A stretch of 60,456 nt of DNA from Peribolospora baueri (taxonomy: Eukaryota): assembly GCA_029717555.1 (NCBI GenBank), contig JAMDHS010000063.1, positions 62,001 to 122,456 of the forward strand, written 5' to 3'. The notes below the pieces were generated by a model. That model ran no database searches. It saw only the letters and a program-made list of their open reading frames with translations, and had not been told where the DNA came from. Of this stretch, positions 36,301 through 46,346 are shown piece by piece (the first letter of the stretch is position 1; every line of letters begins with the position of its first letter). A program made the translations under genes and the position numbers.

Positions 36301-37197
36301 TCGTCACAAGACAGAGGAAGCGACCGGGTAGCCGCCTTAGGAAGCTGGCCAGAAGAGCACCCACCAGTGCTGGTCGACGGCCTCCTCCAAAGCGCTGCTC
36401 GGCAACGAGACGTCTCCGTCGCTCAGCACGCGACGAAACCTGCCGCTGAGCGCCCTGTGCCTCGTCTTCCGGTCCACTTCCCACCGGTCCATCTTTGAAA
36501 TTTGGCCAACTACCAGGTCCGCGCCGTCTTCGTCCGCTTCGGCGTCACCGCCACCTGCCGAGCGGAGAGAGTGGTGGTGATGTGCTGTGTGTACGGGCGC
36601 TTCGATGGCCTTGCGTGCTAGTACTTCGCAGGCGATAGCACGGACGCGGTGGAGACCGTGGTCTGCCGGATGGTGGACCGCATCTCTGCGGATGGTAGAA
36701 CGGGAAAGAGAAGGAGCAGCGTTAGACGCGCCGAGGACGAGCTGGGCAAGGCCCGGCCGACGCCATTTCCGGCTGCAACGCTGCCGATGGAAGAGACAGC
36801 TTGTCAAGATCAGAGAGCGGTCCCCGCTTCCTCACCTCATGAACATGCCCCTCGCGACGAGCAGCGCCCATGCGGTCACCTCCGAATAGTCCTCAGAAGC
36901 ACTCCTGAACGCGTGCACGACCTCATCCGTAATGATCTCAGACGTAGGTCCGGTCAAGTCTCCCTCGTCGACCTCGATGGGCAAGAGATGGGTGACGAGA
37001 GCGCGTAGACGATAAACGAGCCTGCTGCATGTCTTGGAAGAGGGGCGTAGGGCGGAAGAGGGATGTCGAGAGTGTTTAGGGAGCAGGGGTGAAGAGGGCG
37101 AGTCGGAGGGGCCGAGCCGCTCCGGCTCGGCGTAGACGACGGCGTCACCGCCGGCCGGGCCGGGCAACGACGAGACGGCTTGAATGGGGATCGACAT
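33380..37197 (-). CDS. YVC1: Yvc1/TRPY1-like Ca2+-permeable TRP cation channel, many exons
   Basis: LVYRLRALVTHLLPIEVD, RAIACEVLARK, SALEEAVDQH, RLSVPKYQ, DIWEVLLYIFGAGYILED, APLIWIKL..YFGVIQ, GFAQALFSLD, IQALLTGPDF, LLNVFIVAST, C-terminal coiled coil ILSELKALRAEIAQL. Confidence 0.88.
35518..35569. repeat. 26-bp near-perfect direct duplication inside a YVC1 intron
   Basis: GGGCGCAATCGTCATGAGCAAGCAGC followed by GGGCGCAATCATCATGAGCAAGCAGC. Confidence 0.85.
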
Positions 37198-37724
37198 GGT
37201 GAGGAAGGGGACGAGGAGGCAAGAGCCGCTTCTTGGGTGTGTCTCACGCGGCCGGCCCGAGCGTCGTCGTCGTGAACGGTGCGTCCCATCCTCGCTCCCC
37301 GTCCGCAGTGATATGAAAATGACTGGCAAGGAACTTTTCTGCTTGACGCAGGGCGCCGGAGGAATGAGTGATCGGCGGACCCCGCAAAGGGCCGGAACGT
37401 GCAGACGGCTCGCGTCGAGCGTCGCGCCCAATGGCAAGGAGAGCAGCAGGACAGGGGAATAGGAGCAGGACCGACAATGATCACGGCCGACTTTGACTCA
37501 GTTCGCCCAACAGGAGTACGTGATTAAAGACAGGACCTAGAGTAGCAACACCAGAAGTACATCGAGAGACCGGGGGGGGGGGGGGTTGTACATCAACGCG
37601 TCCGTGCTTGCTTGCGAGTGGGGACCAGGAAACGGTGACCAAGGGATTGACCAGGGACCAGGGGAGGGGGGGAAAAGAAAGGACAAGGGTGACGAGAAGA
37701 TGAGGGTGAAACGACGACCGACGT

Positions 37725-38619
37725 TCAGACGACGAGGATGGTGCTGAGACCGATGGCCAGTCCGACGGCCAAGTTGCCCAGGACCACCAGAGGCGAACTG
37801 AACCCGCTGACCAATGCGCGCGCACCGTTCTTCTTGCTTCCTGCGCTGGCGGCCCCTGTCATGGCCGACGAGGTGGCAGAGGCAGAGGCGCCCGGGGCAT
37901 TGCTACCCGAGGCTCCGGGGCCGGAGGAAACTGTAGGGGTGAGGGCCGAGCCGGTGGGCGCGGCGGCCAGAGGAGAGCCAGGGGCCTTGATCTCGAAGAC
38001 GGGGCTCGTGTAATAGAGCTGGGGATGGTTGAGCTCGTAGTTGGACGAGTTGACGAACATCAGCGAGTATCCCGTTCCAGGAGGGATGGCGGTGAGGGGA
38101 ATGTCGGCCCTGCCTGCAGGACACAAACGTTCAACGAGGACGAGCCCCGGTTTCGCCGGTCATGACATGGCCTGCGAGGCTTCCGAGACAAGTCCACAAA
38201 ACCATCGTCTATCTCACCTTTGCTCGTCACGACGGCGTTGGCGACCTGGTAGTTGCCGTTAAGCGTCTTGTCGTTGGGGTTCAATAGCTCGATGGAGAAG
38301 TACTCGGGGTCGCCGGCGTTGGCCGCCCACACGGCCGTGTTGGTAGCGTTGGCGACCCAGTACCCGGCTGGAAACAAGGGGAAGGATAAGAAAGAAAAGA
38401 AAAAGTCGACGGGCCATCGCCGCAGGAGCGCAACGGAAATCAAACGTGGTTAGAGCGAGAGCGTTCAGGACAACGTCGTCGACCCCAACCGCCTCGGCCA
38501 ACTTGGACGAGCCTGAGCGACTCACAAGCTCCGGGGAAGGTGAGCTGGAAGGCCTCGGCCTGCGAGACGAGCGCGGCAGCGGCCACGAAAGAGGAGAGGA
38601 CGAGCGAACGGGACAACAT
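37725..38619 (-). CDS. GPI-anchored Ser/Thr-rich surface protein (Kre9/Knh1-like N-terminal Ig-type domain), 3 exons
   Basis: Signal peptide MLSRSLVLSSFVAAAALVSQAEA, then YWVANATNTAVW...GDPEYFSIELLN...GTGYSLMFVN...YYTSPVFEIK, an S/T/G linker, omega region KNGA and a hydrophobic C-terminus. Confidence 0.85.
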
Positions 38620-39857
38620 CTCGACTATGGTTTGGCCGGGGATGGGTGGGAGCAGAAAGGAGAGTGTGGGCGCCAAAGAGCGTGTGCCGGAGGAGGAGGC
38701 GGCGAGAAGAAAGGGAGGTGACTTGGGCGACCGAAAGAGAACACGATGGTAGTTGAGGGAAGAGAAGGACGAAGGAATGTCCGGATCCAGTGCTGGCCTA
38801 TTTAAAAAAGTTGGGGGGAGGGAGGGACCACGGCTTCTTCAACTTCCACTGGGTCGTCCCGCCGCCGTGCAGAGCGGCACCCACGGGGTCACGAGCCTCG
38901 AGACACGCGGGGGTACACCATGTTAGGGGACTGATTCCACTTGATTCCCTGTGGAGTGGAGTAGAAGCTTCGTCTTATATACATGAGAATAATCAAACGA
39001 GAACAAGAGAGACACACACTGAAAGGTAGTTCGCCTAAACAAACGCAATCGTGTGAGTAAAGGGCAGTAAAACAACTGGGAATACGTCCGTTCGCAGAGA
39101 TCGAGATCGCAAGAGGGAGGGACGAGGCTGGCGCCCCCTTCTTCCTCTATCAGATCAGGAACGTGGGAACGAGCAGTCGGCTTGGTAGTACGTAAGGAAG
39201 CTGCAGCGGCAACGGCGGCTCACGATCAGGAAGCCCGCGGCAAGCCAGCTTGGCACATGCTTTTGCTTGCTGGGATGCCCGATCGCCGTCAGTCAGTCTC
39301 CTTGTATGATTTGGGAACAGTGTTTTTCACGGCGCTAGACCAGACCGGCAGGAAAAGGGATGGGATCCGGTTGGGCAGTAGTAGTGGTGCGAATAAGGGA
39401 GATGATTACAGGTCGACGGGGGAGGACAGACAGGTAGAATAGCGACGATTTCGAGGGTATGGGGAGCAGTTCGATGCCAGGGCCAGTATGGAACAGATGA
39501 TGGGAGGGTTTGCGAACAAGGGAGGAGGACGGCGGCGGCGGCGGCGGAGGTCAAGAACAGACGCAAGAAGGGTGGGCCGCTGAGAGGAAATCAATACTAT
39601 ACGCAAGAGGTCCATCGATCGCTTCGTTGGCAGGAGGGAAGATGCGGAAGCGAGCAGGGAGAGTGAGCAAGGCGTGGCGGCGAGACCAAGAAGGGGTGGA
39701 TGAGGCAAAACAACCGCGGGGGCGGGGGAAAAGAGGGGGGGGGGAGAAATACACAGGCAAGCCAACACTCGAGGGTCGAGGGTGGAAAAGACAGCGAGAC
39801 GTTGAGGCAGACAAGGTTCGATATCACGGCGCCAACTCGGGAGCGCTCGCTCGTTCA

Positions 39858-42800
39858 TCAGCCGCGCCTGTCTGCGCCCGGAAATTCAAAGCCGGTAAGA
39901 AATGGGGCGACGCCGAGAGCGGCAGAGACGCCTTCGCCCTGAGAGGGAGCGGAGGAAGGCTCGGGATAGGGGGGCGAAAGGCCGGCCTCGAATGGGGAAG
40001 TGGTCGACGAAGGCATCGTCTTCCGCCTAGGGTGGACGCTCTGGAAGGGCGGTGTAGGCGTGTTTGAGTCAGCTCGTATGACGATGCCGCCGGCGGCGGC
40101 GGAGGCCACCGTCGGGGTAGGTTCAAGGTGCTTCGTCGAGAAGCCCGGCACATGCTCGCCTTCAGGCGTTGAACAGCCGACGTGGGGCAGGAGGGCGCCA
40201 AGGACGGGGTCGGAGCGGAGGCCTATGAGCTGGCTCCCGGAACCGCGGCGGGGAACGTGGGTGAGATGGGCGGGTCGAATGGTCGTAGAAGACGCGGTCA
40301 ACTGCATGCCGGTGGTCTGATCGCTGGCGAACATCGGAGCCTGGACCGGGCCTAAGGGTGTGGTGGCTTCTGCTGCGCCTGAGAAAGACGGTGGTGGCGC
40401 GCCGACTTCGTGGATCTCTAACTGGTGCTCTTGGATGGTGGAAAGCGTGAGTGAGGACGTGCTTCCCCTCCGCAGATATGGATTGAATCCCGTAGGCGAG
40501 GCGTACGGATCCGTGTTCGTCCCCCGTCCGGCTTGCTGTGCGATCATGCCGACGCCGCCGCCGTCGTCGCCACCCTGCTGGTGATGATGATGCGTCGCTT
40601 GCTGGGATGACGTAGACACGTCTTGCATCCCGCTATCCGACTGGCCTCGACCCTGAACGGAGGACAATGCGAGGAGATCCCCAGCAGCAGGTGCGAACTG
40701 AGAGGACCCTCGTCGCTTGTGTGAGCCAACCTGGCCGGTGAGACCGAGGTCGCCGATAAAATCGGACTGCGAGAGCAGCTTGATGGCCTCCTCCGCGTCT
40801 TGATCCGATGTGCTCGACGACGTCGAGACGGAGTGCTTCTTGTGCTCCGGCGAGCCTGCAGAGTCGAGACCGAGCCCATGGAAGGAGGGGATAAAATCTC
40901 CGGGGCAAGACGACCTTCGACCGGACGCATCAAAGTCTTGCGAAAAACCACCGGAGGAGAAAGAGTCTCCGCTCGAGCCGTTATCCGTGCTCGTCCCGAG
41001 GTATGTCGGCTGCTGTGCCTCCAAACCGTCCATGGATGCCTGGCCGAGACCGTCTCCTGAGAAGGTTGAAACGGTGGAAGAGCGCCTCGACGTGTCGAAT
41101 TGAGAGGTCGAACCCGTTCCCACGCCTGGTCCGGGAGCGGAGGGGCCACTGTCGTCGCTCCATGGACCGGACGACGGCCGTTCGCCGGTCGAAGCCGACC
41201 TATAGCGACCGAAGAGGGTGTTCATATCCTCACCGCCGGCCGATGCCGATACGGGAGGGGGGGCAGCGACGTCTGAGACCGTAGGAGGACCACCGGAGCC
41301 GGCTGGCAAAGCGGACGCGGCGGCGGCCGATTCTGGGAAGTAGGAGATGCCAAAGGTGTCGGGAGGAATGGCGAAAGGGGGAGGCGGACCTGCGATGGGA
41401 CCTCCACAGCCTGGAGGGATGCCTTCTAGCCCCCACAAGCAGTGCATCCTCCACGGGTCATCCCCGATGGCGCGGCTTGGTCCGCCGGGTACGGGTACGG
41501 GAAAGCCGAGCGGAGATTTCGTCATGATCCCGCTCTCAGGGCTACTTTCGCTGCTCCTACTGCTGCTGCCGGGGATTTGGAAGACACTCGCCCGACGAGC
41601 GTGCGTTCCCGCCTTGCTCGCTTCGCTCTCTCCTCCTTCGCCGCCATTGCCTTCCGTTCCCGGTGAACTTGGCAATGACTGCCTCCGGTCACCACCCTGG
41701 CTCGAACCATCTCCGCCCTGCCGCTCCTCCTCAGCGGCAGCAGCAGCTTGAACCGCTTTCTTGGCCTGCGCTTTCGCTTTGGCTCTTCGGTTCTGAAAAG
41801 ACGAAGACGTGAGGGGCTGTTCAGCGCTGGGGATCGGCGATCGGCGACACGACCAACGTCCCGGGTTCGCCAGAGAGAAAAAAAAATGAAATAAAAAGGG
41901 GGGCCAGGCTCTCGTACGAGAATCACTCACTTGAAACCAGACCTGAATGGCCCGAACGGTCATGTCAAGCTGCTCTGCGAGCGCCTTGCGTACCTGAGCG
42001 TTCGGTTTAGGGTTCGCCAGAAAGGTATCCTCGAGGACCCTAAACTGGCTCTTACTCGTTCTCCTCCGATGCTTAACTTCGAAAGGGCTGAAGTATGGTG
42101 CGGACCGAAAGTCCGGTGCGCTCGTCGAACGGCCAAGACCGGGTTGGACGGATGGGGGGAAGGGTGCGGGTGGATAGACGGACGTTGGCATGCCGGCGGG
42201 GTCCATGCCTGGGCCGGGGTACATGAAGCCGCCGTCTTGGGGGCCAGCGGTTGCGAACAACGTCGAAGGGCCGGGAGCACCAAAGGGGTTATGATGATGA
42301 TGAGGAACCGGTGCGACGGCACCTTGTGGGACGGAGGTGGGCAAGGTGGGTAACAACGATGGATCGGAGGGATGCTCGGACCCATGGGCCAGCGCTCTGC
42401 CCGCTGCGAGCGAAGGGGCGTATGCAGGGTGAGGCACATGATGCGGATACGCTTCCATGGTCGCCTGGTCGTTGAAACGAGGAAAGGAAGAAGGCGGCCG
42501 GGGCATACCGTTGGGGCCCAGAAAGGCGGCGAAATCCGCTAGGGCCGGATGGATGGAGCGGGGAGAGGGATGCGATGCGATGCTCGACCGACGTTGGTGT
42601 TCCTTTCCTCCCTCGACGAAGCTGGACGGATGAGCCGGGAGGCCTGCTGGGTGAGGCGTCAACGTCGTCGGCGCCAAAGACGGCCGAGAAGTCGATTGCG
42701 GTGTAGATGTCGGCGGCGGTGGCGGCTGGATGGAATCTGACATCGACGACGGGTACGAGCGCCCGGGGCCCTGGTCTCCGTGTACGTTGATGTTCTTGCT

Positions 42801-42917
42801 CGTCGAGGAGGAGGAGGAGGAAGAGTTGTAGAGGGTCGTCGCACTGGCGGACGAGGCGGAAGGGGTCGACGTCGAAAAGTCGTATAAGAGACGAGAGCCG
42901 TCCGAATGGCCGGCCAT
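39858..42917 (-). CDS. Homeodomain transcription factor with long Ser/Pro-rich disordered flanks
   Basis: PFEVKHRRRTSKSQFRVLEDTFLANPKPNAQVRKALAEQLDMTVRAIQVWFQ|NRRAKAK after removing intron 41930-41793. Q50-type homeodomain. Confidence 0.93.
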   Translation of the reverse strand: MAGHSDGSRLLYDFSTSTPSASSASATTLYNSSSSSSSTSKNINVHGDQGPGRSYPSSMSDSIQPPPPPTSTPQSTSRPSLAPTTLTPHPAGLPAHPSSFVEGGKEHQRRSSIASHPSPRSIHPALADFAAFLGPNGMPRPPSSFPRFNDQATMEAYPHHVPHPAYAPSLAAGRALAHGSEHPSDPSLLPTLPTSVPQGAVAPVPHHHHNPFGAPGPSTLFATAGPQDGGFMYPGPGMDPAGMPTSVYPPAPFPPSVQPGLGRSTSAPDFRSAPYFSPFEVKHRRRTSKSQFRVLEDTFLANPKPNAQVRKALAEQLDMTVRAIQVWFQVSDSRTRAWPPFLFHFFFSLANPGRWSCRRSPIPSAEQPLTSSSFQNRRAKAKAQAKKAVQAAAAAEEERQGGDGSSQGGDRRQSLPSSPGTEGNGGEGGESEASKAGTHARRASVFQIPGSSSRSSESSPESGIMTKSPLGFPVPVPGGPSRAIGDDPWRMHCLWGLEGIPPGCGGPIAGPPPPFAIPPDTFGISYFPESAAAASALPAGSGGPPTVSDVAAPPPVSASAGGEDMNTLFGRYRSASTGERPSSGPWSDDSGPSAPGPGVGTGSTSQFDTSRRSSTVSTFSGDGLGQASMDGLEAQQPTYLGTSTDNGSSGDSFSSGGFSQDFDASGRRSSCPGDFIPSFHGLGLDSAGSPEHKKHSVSTSSSTSDQDAEEAIKLLSQSDFIGDLGLTGQVGSHKRRGSSQFAPAAGDLLALSSVQGRGQSDSGMQDVSTSSQQATHHHHQQGGDDGGGVGMIAQQAGRGTNTDPYASPTGFNPYLRRGSTSSLTLSTIQEHQLEIHEVGAPPPSFSGAAEATTPLGPVQAPMFASDQTTGMQLTASSTTIRPAHLTHVPRRGSGSQLIGLRSDPVLGALLPHVGCSTPEGEHVPGFSTKHLEPTPTVASAAAGGIVIRADSNTPTPPFQSVHPRRKTMPSSTTSPFEAGLSPPYPEPSSAPSQGEGVSAALGVAPFLTGFEFPGADRRG

Positions 42918-45900
42918 GGCGCTCAGAAGATCGGCAGGACGACGGCGAACGGGCCTTCTGCCTATCGGGCGTCTCGGCCTCGTGACTGAGACCAGCGTCC
43001 GATCGTCTCCAGAAGGAGGAGGAGGAGGAGAAGGTACGAGTAGAGAAGCACTTGGTAAGGACCGGCGAACGGCCGTGAGGGAGCAAGGGCCGATATGCAG
43101 AGGGCCGAGATCCTCGGTGGCTGAACGGATGATTTGACGAGACAGAAGCTGGTCGATGGCCTGCAGAATTGACTTTGACGGTCGACGAGAGGCAGCTCGC
43201 CAGCAAGACGACGATAAGCCGACCGAGGCCGGCGTTCAAGCCAGCGAGCCAAACAAACCTTGACAAGTGCGGCTGAGACTTGAGAGAGCAGGGGCGGGCG
43301 AGGCGGAAGAGGGCAACGTCGTAGAAGAGGTGTGTGTGGGGGCCTAGCTGAGGACAAAATGCACGGACTGAGACCAGGAAAATCGCAAGCCGACGCAAGC
43401 GAACAAGAGAGAAGGAAGGAAAAGGTCCGGGGAAGGACGAACGGAGGGGCAGAATGGAAGAAGACGAGGAGAGAAGGGCAGAGAAGAGGTGCAGAAGCAG
43501 TGGCAACGGTTGGCGGAATTTTCGTGGACGACACAAATGAGCCAAGGCTACGTATCGCGTCGAGATCGGTCGGACGTCTCTCCGAACGTCTATCTGTGTC
43601 CTCCGTCGGCCCAAGTTATGTGCGTGCAGCGGGACCTCAGACCGAGTTGGCTTGACCCGATGGACGCGTCTCGCCTCGTTTGTTCGTTTGTCGTTTGTTC
43701 GTTCGCGCTGACCTCTCTCTACCCGTCAGACGTCGGCCGGACTCTTGGGAGCTCGGTCGCGCGGTTCTCGGTCAGCGAGTGAAAGGGCGGTGGACCGAGT
43801 AAGCGCAGAACCTCCGCCAGGCCAATGGGAGGGACGTCATCGCCGGGGGCACGGCACCCTAGAAGTTGAGGGAGGGGGAGGGGGGAGGGGGGAGGAAGGG
43901 GAATGCCCGCCACCGAGGTTGCCTGCTGTCCGGTTTTGCGACCAAAGGGGCGAGGAGAAAGGTCAACTGACGAGCGACCGGTGTGGTCGTCGACGTCGCT
44001 GTCGCGCGACTCCGGTACGGATCCGATGGCTGTGATATGGGCCGGAGGTTGGTGATGGACTTCTGCAAGTATGTGCAGTACTGCCGTGTTCGAGGAGGCG
44101 GGTGGGGAAATTGGGAGTGCAGATGGAGAGAGGCGGAAGAAGAGGCGAGAAGGGGGGGGCGAGGAATTATGGCCAGCGTCCGGTTGCGTCAAGAGTCGGT
44201 CGTGGACTGCCGCCGGAGGGCAAGTGGAAGGTGGCTCGCCTTCTTTATTTCCTTCCTTCCTTCTTTCTGTGTTTCTTCTTTTTCCCCGAGGTGGGGGGTG
44301 GGGCAAAAAGTGAGCGCGGTGAGACGGCGCGGCGGTCGTCTTGGAGAGGGTGTGACGACGGTGAAGGGCGTGGAGGGATGTATGTGCGTCAGTGGAAGGG
44401 GACGAGGACGAGCGACTTGCGTGGCCATCGACGAGGTCGGCCCGATGGCATCGCCAAGAGAGGCGGGCAGGCACGACCGACGGACGGTGTCCCCGCCCGG
44501 TCGTCGTCGAAAGGACAAGACGAGGTCGGAGTCTGTGTCGGTGACGATGGCAGAGGTGCGCTGACTAGCTAACCTCCGGGGGCACGCAGGATAGGCAGGA
44601 TGGACAGGATGGGGCTGCAACAGTGCAGGCTCGTCATCGTACGAATCGCCCGTAGCGCGGTTAGCCGGCCGGTCATCGGTGTTGACACCGAGGGACAAGC
44701 CGGTCGCACCGGCGACCGGCGGGAGGGGGCGTGAGAGGGAGAGGAGAGCTTGAGATGAGACGTTCTCCTTTGGCACAGGTGGACGGCCGATCTGATGAGA
44801 AGGGACGGACGGATGAACAGAGGGACAGATGACGCCGCGCTGGCTGGCTGGCTGGCACGATCCGGGGTTCGAGCGCTGGCATCTATCTCACCACGAACTA
44901 GCTAGCCATCGCCAGCCGAGCCGTTCTACGCGACGCAATGCAACCGGAGCCGCCTCGCCGGAGGAGAAAAACAACAAAGCAAGACGAGACGATATAGGCG
45001 ACCGGACGGGACGGGCTGCGATCGGCTGGCATGAGATCGTCCGCCGTTGGAGCCGAGTACGTCAAGCCGACGACGGCTGCGTTCGACATGGACCGCATGT
45101 CCTTCCTTTCCCTTCCTTCCACCCAGCCACGTCCTGCCGGTTGAGACAAGGACGAAAGAAAGAAAAAAACTCCGCTCCGATGTCGCCGCTCTTCCGGCGT
45201 GGACGGACGGCGGATGACGGACGAACGGACGACCTGACGAGGCGCTCCAGTAGAGCAGCAGGCCGTCATGTCATGGGCCTGCTTCCTTAGCACAAGCGCC
45301 AGCCACGCCCTCCTCCGCTCCCTCACACACGCCGCGACGGATAGATAGGCTCGTCCGACGTCGTCCAAAGGCTTTTTTCGCTCGACTCGACGGCCTCGAA
45401 ATTCTCCGGACATCCTGCTGACGATGCTCGTTGTCCCATGCCGTGACGACAGACTGGCCGGCCTTTGGCAGGACCGGCTCAGCGCTCCGGGTGGCGTGGG
45501 CGCAATGTAATGGACTAGGGTGTTTTTTTAATTATTATTACAATATCCGCCTGTAATCCGCATGGCGCTCAAACGGGAGGGCGGGCTCGGTCTATCCGTT
45601 CGATGGGACAGGATAGGATAGGAGGATGACAGACAGGATGATGGATGGATGGACGGATGGTCGCGATCGCGATCGCGTGCAGCCCATGGCAAGATCATCC
45701 CAATCTAAAACATGCGCTCCTCCAAGCACGTCCGGCGCGCAGGGCAGGCACTCGCACTCGGAATGATGGAGTTGGTCTTCGGCTTCTCTCCGTCTCCTCC
45801 TCCTCCGTTCGTCCGTCCGCCTATCGCTTCCTCTCCTACGACCTAACCTCGCACAAGAGGTCCGACGACGCGATCAGCACGCCGACGGTCGGCGATAAGC

Positions 45901-46346
45901 GAGCGACGAAGTCGAATAGAGAGATATTCACGATCAGTGGTGACCATGAGACCGAACATATATACTATACACGGGCGCACGCGTGATACACGTCATATGT
46001 GCGTGCGTACATAGGGAAGATCCCCCCAAGTTGAACACACGGTCGGGTAGGAGGCAGCGAGAGGCAGCGAGGAAAGCATCGCGGGATGGGTGCCAAGGGA
46101 AGAGAGCAAAGCGCGGCGGCAGCTAGTCGACCGGGCGAAGACTTCTTCCCTCGCTTGTCCCTCCGATCAGTCAAGCTAGCTCGCGCTCGAGCTCCCACAT
46201 GCGTGAGAGCTGGGGATTTTGTTTTTCTTAGTTCGCAAATTCGGCCTAGATGGATTTCAGAAGAGCTCGTCCGGTGACCAGTCCCCCCCGTTCTCGGCTC
46301 TCCCTCTTCGCAGCCGGCCCTCACGCTGCATAGAGCCGCGACGTCC

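Noticed and set aside
42289..45413. Long ORFs (441, 251, 195, 193 aa) upstream of the homeobox gene
   Set aside because: Low-complexity Arg/Pro/Ser translations with no domain or exon signals, as expected by chance in GC-rich DNA.
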